A DNA stretch of 64,000 nt from Dethiobacter sp. GTDB lineage: Bacteria; Bacillota; Dethiobacteria; Dethiobacterales; Dethiobacteraceae. The notes beneath the pieces are model-generated. The model did not search any database. It was given only the letters and a program-made list of their open reading frames with translations, and was not told the DNA's origin. A program made the translations under genes and the position numbers. Each line of letters starts with the position of its first letter. Within the stretch, counting starts at the first letter, position 1. Location of the stretch: contig JAGXTN010000058.1 in the NCBI GenBank assembly GCA_018333455.1, forward strand, positions 3,513 through 67,512, given 5' to 3'. This document shows positions 47,410-59,043 of this stretch, piece after piece.

Positions 47410-47594
47410 GAATGTTCTGAAATTGCCTTCAATGGTGATTTTCTGTGGTGGTTTTGTGCACGTTTGCTTTGCGCTGGACTGGCTAAAGACAATGGGCTTG
47501 CTTTTCCTCGCTATGTCACGGAGGTGGTGGGATCTGGCCATTGGACAAGCTCCAGTTTCGAGTAACAGCTAACAATTAAAGGAGGCTCCCTGAG

Positions 47595-48938
47595 TTGGAG
47601 AAATTTTTCAAGTTAAAAGAACACGGCACTAACGTCAGAACAGAAATTATTGCTGGTATTACTACTTTTATGACGATGGCTTATATTATTTTTGTAAACC
47701 CGTACTTGCTGCAGCAGGGAGGAATGAACCAAGCCGGGGCAATGTTTAAGGATGCCCTAGTATTTAATGCAGCAAACGACCCGTATGTGGCTGCGCTGGT
47801 TACAGCAACCATCGTTTCCGCCGCACTGACTACTATCCTCATGGGCCTTGTCACAAATTACCCGTTTGCCTTAGCTTCCGGGATGGGGCTTAATGCGTTT
47901 TTTGCGTTTACAGTTGCTCCAGTTCACGGCTGGCAAGCTGCTCTTGGTGCGGTGCTTATTTCTGGAATCGTTTTCTTCCTTTTGGCGGCGTTTGGGATTA
48001 TTAACCAGATTGACAGAGCGGTTCCCACCAGCCTGAAGCGGGCGGTGGCTGCCGGCATCGGTCTTTTTATCGCGCTAATCGGCCTGAAAAATGCCGGGAT
48101 TGTGGTGGCCAACCCTGCCACACTTGTCGCACTTGGAGATTTAACGGCTAATGGTCCGGCGCTGGCCGCGATTGGTCTATTGATTACTGCTATTTTGATG
48201 GCTTTTAAAGTAAAAGGCGCTATTCTGCTGGGTATTATGCTTACCACAATTATCGGGATGTTTACCGGTGTGGCTAACGCACCGCAAAGCGTGTCTGATG
48301 TTGTGGGCATGCCGGCCAGCTTGGCTCCCATTGCCTTGCAACTTGATTTTGCCGGTGCTTTGCGTCTTGGCTTTATGGTGATTTTCGCCTTGGTTTTTGT
48401 CGATTTGTTTGACAGTATGGGTACGATGATGGGTACCGGTGCTCGTGCAGGCTATCTGGATAAGGATGGCTGCCTGCCTAAAGTGAAGCAGGCGATGGTG
48501 GTTGATGCCATAGGTACAGCAGGCGGTGCCATGTTAGGCACAAGTACGGTGACTACCTACGTTGAATCAACTGCCGGAATTGCCGAAGGCGGTCGCACCG
48601 GACTTACGGCTGTAGTAACCGGTCTGCTGTTTCTTTTGGCGCTCTTCTTTACGCCGCTTGCCGCAATTGTTCCTGCGGCAGCGACCGCCCCGGCGCTTGT
48701 AATCGTGGGTGTGTTGATGATGGGTGCTGTTACAGGAATTGATTTTGAAGATTTTACAGAGGCTTTTCCTGCTTTTTTGACGATCGCCGCCATGCCATTT
48801 GCCTTTTCCATCGCTCACGGTATAGCTGCCGGCTTTCTAGCATACCCGATCGTTAAAGTCGCTTCGGGCCGAGCCAAAGAAGTTCATTGGTTCGTCTATC
48901 TGCTTGCTGTTATCTCCTTGGTTCACTTTATTAAGTAA
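47595..48938 (+). CDS. pbuG: NCS2/AzgA-family guanine/hypoxanthine permease
   Basis: MEKFFKLKEHGTNVRTEIIAGITTFMTMAYIIFVNP N-terminus is typical of PbuG/PbuO. TTG start after AAAGGAGG. Confidence 0.9.
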   Translation: MEKFFKLKEHGTNVRTEIIAGITTFMTMAYIIFVNPYLLQQGGMNQAGAMFKDALVFNAANDPYVAALVTATIVSAALTTILMGLVTNYPFALASGMGLNAFFAFTVAPVHGWQAALGAVLISGIVFFLLAAFGIINQIDRAVPTSLKRAVAAGIGLFIALIGLKNAGIVVANPATLVALGDLTANGPALAAIGLLITAILMAFKVKGAILLGIMLTTIIGMFTGVANAPQSVSDVVGMPASLAPIALQLDFAGALRLGFMVIFALVFVDLFDSMGTMMGTGARAGYLDKDGCLPKVKQAMVVDAIGTAGGAMLGTSTVTTYVESTAGIAEGGRTGLTAVVTGLLFLLALFFTPLAAIVPAAATAPALVIVGVLMMGAVTGIDFEDFTEAFPAFLTIAAMPFAFSIAHGIAAGFLAYPIVKVASGRAKEVHWFVYLLAVISLVHFIK

Positions 48939-49003
48939 CAAGGCAATAAACTGGAATGGGGGCTCTGTGCTCCCTTTCCTTCTCTAAATGAGGTGTTTTG
49001 CTG

Positions 49004-50176
49004 ATGTTAACGCGAATTAAACAAGAGCCCCCTTTTCGCATCGCGGTGGTGGGGGGCGGACAGCTCGGGAAAATGATGACCTCGGCCGCCAAGCAGTTGG
49101 GTTTTCATGTTACGGTGCTTGATCCTACGCCGGCAAGTCCGGCTGGTCAAGTGGCGGATCGCCAGATTGTAGCTGACTTTGCAGACGCTGACGCCCTCCG
49201 GCGCCTGGCGCGGGAAGCAGATGTCATTACCTACGAATTTGAACATATTGACAGCGTGACGCTGATTGCCCTCGAAGAAGGTGGGCAGCCGGTTTATCCC
49301 GCGCCGCAGATTTTGCGTGTCATTCAAAATAAAAAAAGGCAGAAAGAGGCACTGTTGCAGGCGGGAATCGCGGTAGCCCCGTTTATGGCAGTGGAAGATT
49401 TGGCAGATGCACTTATGGCGGGGCAACGTTTGGGTTACCCGTTTTTTCTTAAAGCGTCTACCGGCGGGTATGACGGCAAGGGTAATGTGCTGGTGGAGAG
49501 CGAAGTAGAGTTGTCAAAAGCGCTGGCTGCGCTTGGCGGCTCAAAATTGCTGGCTGAACAATTTATTCCTTTTATATGTGAGATTTCTACGCTGGTAGCC
49601 AGAAGTATTGACGGAGATATCCGCAGTTATCAGCTAAGCGAAAATGAACATCAAGACAGTATTTTGCGTCGGAGCATAGTGCCGGCCAGAGTTTCTCCCA
49701 CAGTAGCGGCTCGTGCCCGGGCGGTGGCCGAAAAGGTAATGGCTCTCTTTGGCGGCGTAGGTGTCTTTTGTGTGGAGATGTTTGTTACTGTGGACGGGGC
49801 TGTTTTAGTAAATGAAGTGGCGCCTCGACCGCACAATTCAGGTCACTATACGATTGAAGCGTGTATGACATCGCAGTTTGAACAGCAGGTGCGCGCCATT
49901 AGCGGCTTGCCTCTGGGAGATGTCTCTCTTTTATCCCCGGCGGTGATGGTCAACCTCTTAGGCGAGGAAGGGCAGCACGGATTTGCCGTGCTGGAAGGCT
50001 GTGCGGAAGCACTTGCTTTGCCTGGTGTACATTTACATTTTTATGGTAAGATAAAGACAGCCCCAAAACGGAAAATGGGTCACTTTACTGTGACTGCAGC
50101 CACCTTGGACGAAGCGATTCGGCTTGCGGAGGCGGCGGCGGCGCATTTGCGGGTGGTGGCCGACAAGGAGAGATAA
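49004..50176 (+). CDS. purK: N5-carboxyaminoimidazole ribonucleotide synthase PurK
   Basis: VVGGGQLGKMM and an ATP-grasp layout. ATG 8 nt after GAGGTG. Confidence 0.92.
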   Translation: MLTRIKQEPPFRIAVVGGGQLGKMMTSAAKQLGFHVTVLDPTPASPAGQVADRQIVADFADADALRRLAREADVITYEFEHIDSVTLIALEEGGQPVYPAPQILRVIQNKKRQKEALLQAGIAVAPFMAVEDLADALMAGQRLGYPFFLKASTGGYDGKGNVLVESEVELSKALAALGGSKLLAEQFIPFICEISTLVARSIDGDIRSYQLSENEHQDSILRRSIVPARVSPTVAARARAVAEKVMALFGGVGVFCVEMFVTVDGAVLVNEVAPRPHNSGHYTIEACMTSQFEQQVRAISGLPLGDVSLLSPAVMVNLLGEEGQHGFAVLEGCAEALALPGVHLHFYGKIKTAPKRKMGHFTVTAATLDEAIRLAEAAAAHLRVVADKER

Positions 50177-50179
50177 GGG

Positions 50180-50743
50180 ATGACGGTAGCGCCGATAGCA
50201 GGAATTATTATGGGTAGCGATTCTGATCTTGCTGTGATGAGCGGGGCGGCGGAAGTACTTACAGAGTTTGGTGTGCCCTATGAATTGACTGTGGTTTCAG
50301 CCCACCGTACTCCGGAGCGGCTTTTTCGCTATGCCGGTGAAGCTGCGGCGCGCGGTTTGAAAGTGATTGTGGCCGGCGCCGGCGGTGCTGCGCACCTGCC
50401 GGGGATGGTGGCGGCTATCACCGAGCTGCCGGTGATTGGCGTGCCGGTAAAAACAGCGGCGCTTGGCGGAGTTGATTCCCTCTACTCCATTGTGCAGATG
50501 CCTCCCGGCGTGCCTGTGGCTACAGTAGCCATTAACGGCGGTAAGAATGCCGGTCTTTTAGCGGTTCAGATTCTGGCGGTTGCCGATGGGAAATTGCTAA
50601 CGAAAATGGCTGCGTACAAAAAGAATTTATGCCGGCTGGTGGAAGAGAAAGGCGCTGTTTTAGGAGAAGAAGGGTGGCAAGTTTATCTTGCCAAAATGCT
50701 GGAGACAGCCGGTAATGAAAACAACACCGGCAGCAAGAGGTGA
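50180..50743 (+). CDS. purE: N5-carboxyaminoimidazole ribonucleotide mutase PurE
   Basis: [14 protein letters not shown] and [10 protein letters not shown] motifs. Confidence 0.95.
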   Translation: MTVAPIAGIIMGSDSDLAVMSGAAEVLTEFGVPYELTVVSAHRTPERLFRYAGEAAARGLKVIVAGAGGAAHLPGMVAAITELPVIGVPVKTAALGGVDSLYSIVQMPPGVPVATVAINGGKNAGLLAVQILAVADGKLLTKMAAYKKNLCRLVEEKGAVLGEEGWQVYLAKMLETAGNENNTGSKR

Positions 50744-50748
50744 AGCAA

Positions 50749-52041
50749 TTGATTGAGCGGTATACTCTGCCGGAAATGGCGGCAGTTTGGACACTAGAAA
50801 ATAAGTTCAAAAAGTGGCTTGAGTTGGAGATTTACGCCTGCGAGGCGTGGGCCAAGTTGGGTGTTATCCCTGACGCTGCGGTAGCTCTGATCCGTGAGAA
50901 GGCCAGTTTTAGCGTGGAGAGGATTTTGGCAATTGAGGCTCAAACTCGTCATGACGTGGTGGCTTTTACCCGCTGCGTTGCCGAAAGTTTGGGGGAAGAG
51001 TCAAAATATATCCATTACGGCCTTACCTCTTCCGATGTGGCAGATACGGCACTAGCCGCCTTGATGCAGGAAGCGGCAGAGTTGATTTTAGCCGACTTGG
51101 CTGCTTTGGGGGCTGTGTTGAGGGAGAAAGCCAGGGAACATAAATTTACGTTAATGATGGGGCGTACACACGGTGTCCATGCGGAACCCACCACTTTTGG
51201 GCTGAAAATGGCGCTGTTTGTGGCAGAAATGGAACGGAACCAAAAGCGGATGCTGCGGGCACAGGAGACTATTTCCTATGGTAAACTCTCAGGCGCGGTG
51301 GGAACATATGCCAATATCGACCCTTTTGTAGAAAGTTATGTATGCGCAAAAATGGGACTGCAGCCGGCGCCTATCTCCACCCAGATTTTACAGCGGGATC
51401 GTCACGCTGAATATTTGACTACGCTGGCCATTATTGCCGGCACGTTAGATAAGCTGGCTACGGAAATCCGCGGACTGCAGAAGACAGAAACACGGGAAGT
51501 GGAAGAACCGTTTTATAGTGGGCAGAAGGGTTCTTCCGCCATGCCTCATAAGCGAAATCCTGTCAACTGTGAGCAAATTAGCGGCCTTTCCCGCATTGTT
51601 CGGGCAAATGCGCTGGTTGCGCTGGAGAATATTACACTTTGGCATGAGCGGGATATTTCTCATTCTTCCGCAGAACGAGTAATAGTGCCTGACAGCACAA
51701 TTTTACTGAATTATATGTTGCGCAGCATGACGCGAATTATTGCTGATTTGCATGTTTACCCGGAAAATATGCGGCGCAATATGGATCGGTTGCTTGGGCT
51801 CACCTTTTCTCAGAAGGTGCTGCTCACTTTGATTGAAAAAGGCATGAAGCGCGAAGAGGCTTACGATTTGGTGCAAAGATATGCCATGAGAGCATGGGAA
51901 GAGCAGCAACTTTTTGAAAAGTTGCTTGCCGAGGACGAAACGATTGTGGCGCTGCTGACGCCGGCAGGGCTGGAAGCATGTTTCGATCCAGCCTTTCATC
52001 TCCGGCATGTAGACGAAATTTTTGCCAAAGTTGGCATCTAG
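50749..52041 (+). CDS. purB: Adenylosuccinate lyase PurB
   Basis: (L)IERYTLPEM N-terminus and the GSSAMPHKRNP signature. TTG start 7 nt after AGAGGTGA. The track start, GTG at 50740, is also possible. Confidence 0.94.
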   Translation: MIERYTLPEMAAVWTLENKFKKWLELEIYACEAWAKLGVIPDAAVALIREKASFSVERILAIEAQTRHDVVAFTRCVAESLGEESKYIHYGLTSSDVADTALAALMQEAAELILADLAALGAVLREKAREHKFTLMMGRTHGVHAEPTTFGLKMALFVAEMERNQKRMLRAQETISYGKLSGAVGTYANIDPFVESYVCAKMGLQPAPISTQILQRDRHAEYLTTLAIIAGTLDKLATEIRGLQKTETREVEEPFYSGQKGSSAMPHKRNPVNCEQISGLSRIVRANALVALENITLWHERDISHSSAERVIVPDSTILLNYMLRSMTRIIADLHVYPENMRRNMDRLLGLTFSQKVLLTLIEKGMKREEAYDLVQRYAMRAWEEQQLFEKLLAEDETIVALLTPAGLEACFDPAFHLRHVDEIFAKVGI

Positions 52042-52088
52042 GCGATGAATTTGCTTTAACCATTTAATTTCCAAAGGAGAAGAATAGC

Positions 52089-52799
52089 ATGGAGAAACAG
52101 GAGTTGCTTTATGAAGGCAAGGCTAAGAGAGTGTATGCTACCGCCGACCCCGATTTGGTGATTGTGGAGTATAAAGACGATGCCACAGCCTTTAACGGCC
52201 TAAAAAAAGGACAAATTAACAACAAAGGTGTTCTTAATAACAGAATCGCCGGCTATTTTTTTGAGTTGCTGGCAGCCAAAGGGATTGCCAGCCACTACAT
52301 TAGACAGTTGTCCGCGCGGGAGATGCTGGTCAAAAAACTGCAAATCCTTAAAGTTGAAGTGGTGGTGCGCAATCTTGCCGCAGGCAGCCTTGCCAAGCGG
52401 CTTGGCCTGGAGGAAGGTACAAGTCTGCGGCGTCCGGTGTTGGAGCTTTATTATAAAGACGATGAGTTGCAAGACCCCATGATTAACGAGTACCATCTTT
52501 ACGCCCTGGAAATTGCCACAGAAGAACAGGTGCGGGAGCTCACCGCCACATCTTTGAAGATTAACGAAATTCTCATCGCTGTATTGCAAGAACGTCAGCT
52601 CGTCTTGGTGGACTTTAAGCTGGAATTTGGGCTTTTCCACGGCAGCCTCTTGCTGGGGGACGAAATTTCTCCGGATACATGCCGTTTTTGGGATGCAGGT
52701 ACGAGAGAAAAGCTGGACAAGGATCGTTTCCGGCGGGATTTAGGCGGGGTAGAGGAAGCATACGAAGAAATATTGCGTAGACTGACGGGAGGGAATTAA
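52089..52799 (+). CDS. purC: SAICAR synthetase PurC
   Basis: [10 protein letters not shown] and LVDFKLEFG motifs. Confidence 0.96.
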   Translation: MEKQELLYEGKAKRVYATADPDLVIVEYKDDATAFNGLKKGQINNKGVLNNRIAGYFFELLAAKGIASHYIRQLSAREMLVKKLQILKVEVVVRNLAAGSLAKRLGLEEGTSLRRPVLELYYKDDELQDPMINEYHLYALEIATEEQVRELTATSLKINEILIAVLQERQLVLVDFKLEFGLFHGSLLLGDEISPDTCRFWDAGTREKLDKDRFRRDLGGVEEAYEEILRRLTGGN

Positions 52800-52801
52800 G
52801 G

Positions 52802-53050
52802 ATGTGGAAAGCGGAAATTAAGGTGCTGCTCAAAAAGAGTGTGCTGGATCCGCAAGGACAGGCTGTGGAAAAAGCGTTGAGCTCACTTGGCTACGGCAAT
52901 GTGCAGGATGTGCGCATCGGCAAATATCTGGAAGTGAGCTTTGCCGCCGGCAGTCACAAGGAAGCAGAAGACCAAGTGAGGGAAATGAGCGAACGGCTCT
53001 TAACTAATCCGGTGATTGAAGACTATACATTTGAGCTGGTGGAGGTTTAA
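52802..53050 (+). CDS. purS: FGAM synthase subunit PurS
   Basis: 82 aa with VLDPQGQAVEKAL. Confidence 0.93.
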   Translation: MWKAEIKVLLKKSVLDPQGQAVEKALSSLGYGNVQDVRIGKYLEVSFAAGSHKEAEDQVREMSERLLTNPVIEDYTFELVEV

Positions 53051-53053
53051 GCA

Positions 53054-53752
53054 ATGAAATTCGGCGTGGTTGTCTTCCCCGGCTCTAATTGTGACTTGGA
53101 CGCTTACCATCTGGTTAAAGACGTTCTTGGGGAGCCGGTGGACTATATCTGGCACCAGGAGGAGAACGTCTCGGGGTTTGACTGTCTGATTTTACCAGGC
53201 GGGTTTTCCTACGGCGATTATCTGCGCTGCGGCGCCATCGCACGGTTTTCACCGGTGATGAAGTCGGTGGTCGCTTTTGCCCGCAGCGGCGGACTGGTGA
53301 TCGGGATTTGCAATGGTTTCCAAGTTTTACAGGAAGCAGGCCTATTGCCCGGGGCGCTCTACCGCAATCTTAGTTTGCAGTTTCGTTGTTATTTTACCTA
53401 TCTGAAAGTGGAAAACAGGCAGACCCCATTTACCAGCGGGCTAGAGGTCGGGCGGCTGCTAAAAATCCCCATTGCCCACGGAGAGGGGAACTACTACGCA
53501 GACGCAGACACACTGCGGCGCATGGAAGCCAACGGTCAGATTGTGTTTCGTTACGCCACGGCAGACGGGGAAGTTACTGATACTGCCAACCCCAACGGTT
53601 CTCTGACCAATATTGCCGGGGTCTGCAACGAAATGAAAAATGTTTTAGGCATGATGCCGCATCCGGAACGGGCCGGCGAAGCAGCCCTCGGTTCCCAGGA
53701 TGGCCGGCTTATTTTTGAGTCCATCCTGAAGAACTGGGAGGGTGCACGATGA
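53054..53752 (+). CDS. purQ: FGAM synthase glutaminase subunit PurQ
   Basis: FPGSNCD, the GICNGFQ catalytic Cys and HPER motifs. Confidence 0.95.
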   Translation: MKFGVVVFPGSNCDLDAYHLVKDVLGEPVDYIWHQEENVSGFDCLILPGGFSYGDYLRCGAIARFSPVMKSVVAFARSGGLVIGICNGFQVLQEAGLLPGALYRNLSLQFRCYFTYLKVENRQTPFTSGLEVGRLLKIPIAHGEGNYYADADTLRRMEANGQIVFRYATADGEVTDTANPNGSLTNIAGVCNEMKNVLGMMPHPERAGEAALGSQDGRLIFESILKNWEGAR

Positions 53753-55950
53753 GAGCTGAAGATTGGCGCAAGATGGGCTTAAAAGACGAAGAGTATCAGC
53801 TGATTACCGAAATCATCGGCCGCGACCCTAATTATGTGGAGCTAGGCATGTATAGTGTGATGTGGTCGGAACATTGCTCTTATAAAAATTCGAAAGAAGT
53901 TTTGCGCACCTTCCCTACAAAAGGGGAGCGTGTCTTACAGGGACCCGGGGAAAATGCTGGTATTGTGGATATTGGTGACGGACTTGCCGTTTGTTTTAAA
54001 ATTGAATCACACAATCACCCTTCCGCCATCGAGCCTTATCAGGGAGCTGCCACAGGTGTGGGCGGAATTATCCGCGATATTTTTACGATGGGCGCTCGGC
54101 CTATTGCCCTGCTTAATTCGTTGCGCTTTGGCACACTGGAAGATGCTCGCGCCCGCTATATTTTCAACGGTGTGGTGAGCGGCATCGCCGGGTATGGTAA
54201 TTGCATCGGGATTCCCACCGTGGGCGGGGAAGTATATTTCGACCCGTGCTATCAGGGGAATCCGTTGGTTAACGCGATGTGCGTTGGCCTGCTGGAGACA
54301 GACAAAATTAAACGGGGGCAGGCAAGCGGGACGGGGAACCCGGTTATTCTGGTCGGCGCCCGCACCGGTCGTGACGGGATGCACGGTGTTACATTCGCCT
54401 CAGAAGAGCTGAGTGCGGCATCGGAAGAAAAACGGCCTGCCGTTCAGGTGGGCGATCCTTTTATGGAAAAGCTCTTACTGGAAGCTTGTTTGGAGCTGAT
54501 TTATCACGACGATGTGGTGGGTATTCAGGATTTGGGAGGCGCCGGACTAACATGCGCCACTTCTGAAATGGCTAGCCGTGCCGGCACCGGGCTGGAGATT
54601 GAACTGGATCGTGTTCCCTGCCGTGAGCAGGGAATGACCCCATATGAAATCATGCTCTCCGAGTCCCAGGAAAGAATGCTGATGGTGGTCCTCCCGGAAA
54701 AGGAAGAGAAAGTCCATGAAGTTTTCCGACGCTGGGGACTTACCTCTACTACAATCGGTCAGGTGACTGAAGATGGGGTTTTGCGTGTCCGGATGGGGGG
54801 AAAAGTGGTGGCAGAAGTCCCTGCCCGCAGCTTAGCAGAGGATGCACCGGTCTATTGCCCCGCATTTAATGAACCTGCATATCTGAAAACGACTGCGCAG
54901 TTGCAGCTTGCTGAAATCCCGGATTTGAGCGACGCGGAAAAGGTGCTGATGCTACTTTTGGCCGCCCCAAATATTGCCAGTAAAGAATGGGTCTGGCAGC
55001 AGTATGACTACATGGTGCGTACTTGCACCGTCGTCTTGCCCGGCTCTGATGCGGCAGTATTGCGTTTGCGAGGAACCAAAAAAGGGCTTGCCATGACTGT
55101 AGACTGCAATTCTCGTTATGTCTATCTGGATCCTTATCTTGGCGGAAAAATTGCGGTGGCGGAAGCGGCGCGCAATGTGGTCTGCAGTGGCGGTGAGCCG
55201 CTTGCCGTTACAGACTGCCTTAACTTTGGTAATCCGGAGAAAGCGGAGATTTTCTGGCAGTTTCGCAAGGCGGTGGAAGGGATTAGTGAAGCCTGTCTCG
55301 CCTTTGCAACGCCTGTGATCGGCGGCAATGTTTCTTTTTATAATGAAACAAATGGAGAAGCTATCTATCCCACGCCCACGGTGGGCATGGTTGGACTGCT
55401 GGAAGATGTCGAAAAACGTTGTACCCAGGAATTTAAAGCTGACGGTGATTTAATTGTTTTGTTAGGTGAAACGTATGAGGAACTGGGCGGCAGCGAATAC
55501 CTAGCCACGGTGCATGGCAGAGTGGCAGGGATGCCTCCGGCACTTGAGCTAGCCAAAGAAAAAGCTCTCCATCAACTTGTCTTAGGCGCCATTGGGCAAG
55601 GTCTGGTGAAATCGGCCCATGATCTTTCGGAGGGCGGCTTGGCAGTGGCGCTGGCGGAATGCACCTTCGGCAAAAATATTGCAGCCTCGGTGGAATTACG
55701 CACTAACGGTTTGCGCAGCGACAGTCTGTTGTTTGGTGAGAGCCAATCGCGAATTTTGCTTAGCGTGGCAGCAGATAAAGTGGAGCTGCTGCTTGCTCTG
55801 GCGGCGCAGGAAAATGTACCGGCCAGTGTAATTGGCAAAACTGGCGGCCAAAAGCTCTCGTTGACGGTAGATGGGCATGAAGTCATAAATCTGCCGCTTG
55901 ATAAAATGCAGAATGCCTGGCGGGAGGCTATCGGATGTTTGCTGAAATAA
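53749..55950 (+). CDS. purL: FGAM synthase subunit PurL
   Basis: MWSEHCSYK and ESHNHPS motifs. 733 aa. Confidence 0.96.
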   Translation: MRAEDWRKMGLKDEEYQLITEIIGRDPNYVELGMYSVMWSEHCSYKNSKEVLRTFPTKGERVLQGPGENAGIVDIGDGLAVCFKIESHNHPSAIEPYQGAATGVGGIIRDIFTMGARPIALLNSLRFGTLEDARARYIFNGVVSGIAGYGNCIGIPTVGGEVYFDPCYQGNPLVNAMCVGLLETDKIKRGQASGTGNPVILVGARTGRDGMHGVTFASEELSAASEEKRPAVQVGDPFMEKLLLEACLELIYHDDVVGIQDLGGAGLTCATSEMASRAGTGLEIELDRVPCREQGMTPYEIMLSESQERMLMVVLPEKEEKVHEVFRRWGLTSTTIGQVTEDGVLRVRMGGKVVAEVPARSLAEDAPVYCPAFNEPAYLKTTAQLQLAEIPDLSDAEKVLMLLLAAPNIASKEWVWQQYDYMVRTCTVVLPGSDAAVLRLRGTKKGLAMTVDCNSRYVYLDPYLGGKIAVAEAARNVVCSGGEPLAVTDCLNFGNPEKAEIFWQFRKAVEGISEACLAFATPVIGGNVSFYNETNGEAIYPTPTVGMVGLLEDVEKRCTQEFKADGDLIVLLGETYEELGGSEYLATVHGRVAGMPPALELAKEKALHQLVLGAIGQGLVKSAHDLSEGGLAVALAECTFGKNIAASVELRTNGLRSDSLLFGESQSRILLSVAADKVELLLALAAQENVPASVIGKTGGQKLSLTVDGHEVINLPLDKMQNAWREAIGCLLK

Positions 55951-57386
55951 TTGAGCTGACGGCAGAAAAAATGCGTGAAGAATGTGGTGTGCTGGGGATT
56001 TACGCTCCCGGCAGCAATGTAGCGCAAATGGCATATTATGGGCTTTATGCTTTGCAACACCGCGGCCAGGAAAGTGCCGGTATTGCTGTTTCCGACGGCA
56101 AGACAATCCGGGGAGAAAAAGGCATGGGCTTGGTGTCGGAAGTGTTTCAGGACACAGGCAAGCTGGCTCTGCTCCCCGGCCATATCGGTGTGGGCCATGT
56201 TCGCTATTCCACCACCGGTTCCAGCTTATTAGTCAATGCCCAACCGCTCTTGATTCGTTACAGGAACGGTTTTTTGGCCATTGTGCATAACGGCAATCTG
56301 GTAAACGGACATGAACTGCGCCACTCGCTGGAAGAAGAAGGCTCTATTTTTCAGGCCACCACCGATAGTGAACTGATTGCCCATTTAGTTGCCCGTTCCG
56401 GGGAGCAGGAGATTGTGGCGGCGCTGCAAAAATCACTACCTCGTTTGCGCGGCGCCTTTACCTTTATCCTAATGACACCGGACAAACTAATTGGTTTGCG
56501 GGACCCACAAGGTATCCGCCCGCTCTCTTTGGGCGAAACGGCCGGCGGCTATGTGTTGGCGTCGGAAACCTGTGCCTTTGATACGGTGGGGGCAGAATTT
56601 ATCCGTGATATTGAACCGGGCGAGATGGTGGTTATTGATAAGAAAGGCCCGCATTTTATTAGCTATGCCCGCTCGGAAAAAAAATCCCTCTGTGTCTTTG
56701 AGTTTATTTATTTTGCCCGTCCCGACAGCAATCTGCATGGCAAAAACGTCCATATGGTGAGGAAGCGTCTCGGGCGCAAGCTGGCTCAGGAGCAGCCGGT
56801 GGATGCCGATATTGTTACTGGTGTGCCGGACTCTTCATTGTCTGCTGCCTCCGGCGTGGCAGAGCAGCTTGGTTTGCCTTACGAGATGGGTTTTATTAAA
56901 AACCGCTATATCGGGCGGACTTTTATTCAGCCTTCGCAGGAAAGTCGCTCCCTTGGTGTGCGCTTGAAACTAAATCCTGTGCGCCAAATTGTGGAGGGAA
57001 AGCGAATTATTATGGTGGACGATTCCATTGTACGCGGCACCACATCGCTCAAAATCGTAGAAATGCTGAGAAACGCTGGTGCCAAAGAAGTTCACGTGCG
57101 GATCAGCTCCCCGCCGGTAATTTCTCCCTGTTATTATGGGATAGACACGTCCAGTTCTACTGAACTGATTGGGGCACGGATGAGTGTGACGGAAATGGCC
57201 AAAGCCATTGGTGCCGATTCCCTTGGTTTTATCAGTGAGGCAGGGATGCTGGAGTGTATGGATCTGCCGCCGGAAGGATTTTGTACAGCTTGCTTTAGCG
57301 GTTACTATCCGTTAGGAAAAGGTAAATGTAGCGGGAAGAATCTGCTTGGCAATGAGGAGGAAGGGGGGTGCGGTGGCTGTGGCTGA
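55935..57386 (+). CDS. purF: Amidophosphoribosyltransferase PurF (with an N-terminal propeptide before the catalytic Cys)
   Basis: ...MREE|CGVLGIY Ntn-Cys, the [13 protein letters not shown] motif and C-terminal Fe-S cysteines. Confidence 0.95.
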   Translation: MFAEIIELTAEKMREECGVLGIYAPGSNVAQMAYYGLYALQHRGQESAGIAVSDGKTIRGEKGMGLVSEVFQDTGKLALLPGHIGVGHVRYSTTGSSLLVNAQPLLIRYRNGFLAIVHNGNLVNGHELRHSLEEEGSIFQATTDSELIAHLVARSGEQEIVAALQKSLPRLRGAFTFILMTPDKLIGLRDPQGIRPLSLGETAGGYVLASETCAFDTVGAEFIRDIEPGEMVVIDKKGPHFISYARSEKKSLCVFEFIYFARPDSNLHGKNVHMVRKRLGRKLAQEQPVDADIVTGVPDSSLSAASGVAEQLGLPYEMGFIKNRYIGRTFIQPSQESRSLGVRLKLNPVRQIVEGKRIIMVDDSIVRGTTSLKIVEMLRNAGAKEVHVRISSPPVISPCYYGIDTSSSTELIGARMSVTEMAKAIGADSLGFISEAGMLECMDLPPEGFCTACFSGYYPLGKGKCSGKNLLGNEEEGGCGGCG

Positions 57387-58401
57387 CACTTATAAAAAGG
57401 CAGGAGTAGACATTGACGCCGGCAACGAGGCGGTACGCCTGATGGGTGGTGCGGTGCGTTCCACCTTCCGCCCGGAAGTGCTGAGCGATATTGGCGGTTT
57501 CGGCGGTTTGTTTGCCTTAGACTTGCATAAATACAAAGAGCCGGTGCTGGTGTCGGGTGCCGACGGTGTTGGCACGAAGCTGAAAGTGGCTTTTATGGCA
57601 GACAAACATGACACTGTGGGGCAGGATGCGGTGGCCATGTGTGTCAACGATATTCTGGTTCAGGGGGCAGAGCCGCTTTTTTTCCTGGATTACTTGGCCG
57701 TGGGCCGTCTGGAGCCGGAGAAGGTGGCGGAAATTGTGGGTGGCGTTGCCGCCGGTTGCCGTCTGGCAGGCTGTGCTCTCTTGGGCGGTGAGACGGCGGA
57801 AATGCCCGGGTTTTACCGCGACGGAGAATATGATTTGGCCGGATTTGCGGTTGGAGTGGTGGACAGGCAAAAGATTATTAACGGCAGACGTAGCCAAGTG
57901 GGTGATTTGGTGATTGGCCTGCCGTCCACAGGCTTGCATAGTAACGGCTTTTCCCTGGCTAGAAAAATATTTTTTGAGGGCGCCGGTTGGTCCCTGGATA
58001 GGTATATACCAGAACTGGGAAAAACTTTGGGAGAGGAATTGCTGACACCGACGAAAATATATGTACGGCCAGTGCTCAATTTGCTGGCAAAAACTGCGGT
58101 GCGGGGCATGGCGCATATTACCGGCGGTGGTCTGCTGGAAAACGTACCTCGCTGTTTACCGCCGGGGCTGGGCGTTTCCTTAGAGCGGCAGGCGTGGACT
58201 ATTCCTCCAGTATTTGCCCTGTTGCAACGACTGGGCGACGTTTCGGAAGACGAGATGTTCCGGACGTTTAACATGGGAATCGGCTTCGTGCTGGTAATCG
58301 CAAAAGATGCTCTGGAGATAGTGATGACTTTGTTAAGAGAAGCGGGTGAAGCTCCGCTGCTGTTGGGAGAAGTGGTGCCAAAAGAAGGAGTCCGGCTTTA
58401 A
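57373..58401 (+). CDS. purM: AIR synthase PurM
   Basis: (V)[17 protein letters not shown] and DGVGTK motifs. GTG start after GGAGGAAGGGGGG, overlapping the purF end. Confidence 0.94.
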   Translation: MAVADTYKKAGVDIDAGNEAVRLMGGAVRSTFRPEVLSDIGGFGGLFALDLHKYKEPVLVSGADGVGTKLKVAFMADKHDTVGQDAVAMCVNDILVQGAEPLFFLDYLAVGRLEPEKVAEIVGGVAAGCRLAGCALLGGETAEMPGFYRDGEYDLAGFAVGVVDRQKIINGRRSQVGDLVIGLPSTGLHSNGFSLARKIFFEGAGWSLDRYIPELGKTLGEELLTPTKIYVRPVLNLLAKTAVRGMAHITGGGLLENVPRCLPPGLGVSLERQAWTIPPVFALLQRLGDVSEDEMFRTFNMGIGFVLVIAKDALEIVMTLLREAGEAPLLLGEVVPKEGVRL

Positions 58402-58431
58402 CTTTTAGCTGCTTCAAGGGAGGTGGAAAAA

Positions 58432-59043
58432 GTGAAGAAAAGAATTGCTGTATTGGCTTCCGGCAGTGGAAGCAATCTGCAGGCAATCCTGGAGGCCATC
58501 GACAGGGGAGAGATTCGGGACGCCGAAGTAGTATTGGTGGTGAGTGACAGAAAAGAGGCGTATGCCTTGGAACGCGCTCGCCGGAGGAATATCCCGACAA
58601 AATACCTGAGAGCAAAAGATTATGCTTCGCGGGAAGAATTCGACCGGGCTGCCGTTCTTTGTCTGGAAGAAGCGCAGGCGGAGCTGGTAGTGCTTGCCGG
58701 CTATATGCGGTTAATTACGTCATTATTCCTCTCAACATTTCAACAGCGAGTTCTTAACATTCATCCCTCCCTATTGCCTGCTTTCCCGGGAGGCCACGGT
58801 GTAGCTGACGCTTTGGCCTACGGCGTGAAAGTCAGCGGTTGCACCGTTCATTTTGTGGATGAGGGAATGGATACCGGGCCGATTCTGCTTCAGGAAGCAG
58901 TTTCGGTCAATGACGAGGATACGGTGGAGAGTTTGCATGAGCGGATTCGACAGTTAGAGCATCAGCTTTACCCCAAAGCCATCAACCTCTGGGTCCAGGG
59001 TAAAATTAAACTTATGGGAAGAAGGTGTGTGATTAATGACTAA
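58432..59043 (+). CDS. purN: GAR formyltransferase PurN
   Basis: IAVLASGSGSNLQAI, NIHPSLLP and the GCTVHFVDEGMDTGPI motif. Confidence 0.94.
   Translation: MKKRIAVLASGSGSNLQAILEAIDRGEIRDAEVVLVVSDRKEAYALERARRRNIPTKYLRAKDYASREEFDRAAVLCLEEAQAELVVLAGYMRLITSLFLSTFQQRVLNIHPSLLPAFPGGHGVADALAYGVKVSGCTVHFVDEGMDTGPILLQEAVSVNDEDTVESLHERIRQLEHQLYPKAINLWVQGKIKLMGRRCVIND

Noticed and set aside
50650-50743. C-terminal extension of about 25 aa on PurE compared with the ~160-170 aa I expect
   Set aside because: The length expectation comes from memory only. The extension is in frame and ends just before the purB start, so it is probably lineage-specific tail variation.
55572-56198. Long antisense ORFs opposite core genes (for example 55572..56198, 57517..58116, 25428..26051, 25565..26230, 5995..6564, 3991..4554, 7572..8117)
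   Set aside because: All lie opposite genes with unambiguous family motifs. They lack RBSs and have Arg/Ser/Pro-rich compositions typical of antisense frames in moderately GC-rich coding DNA.
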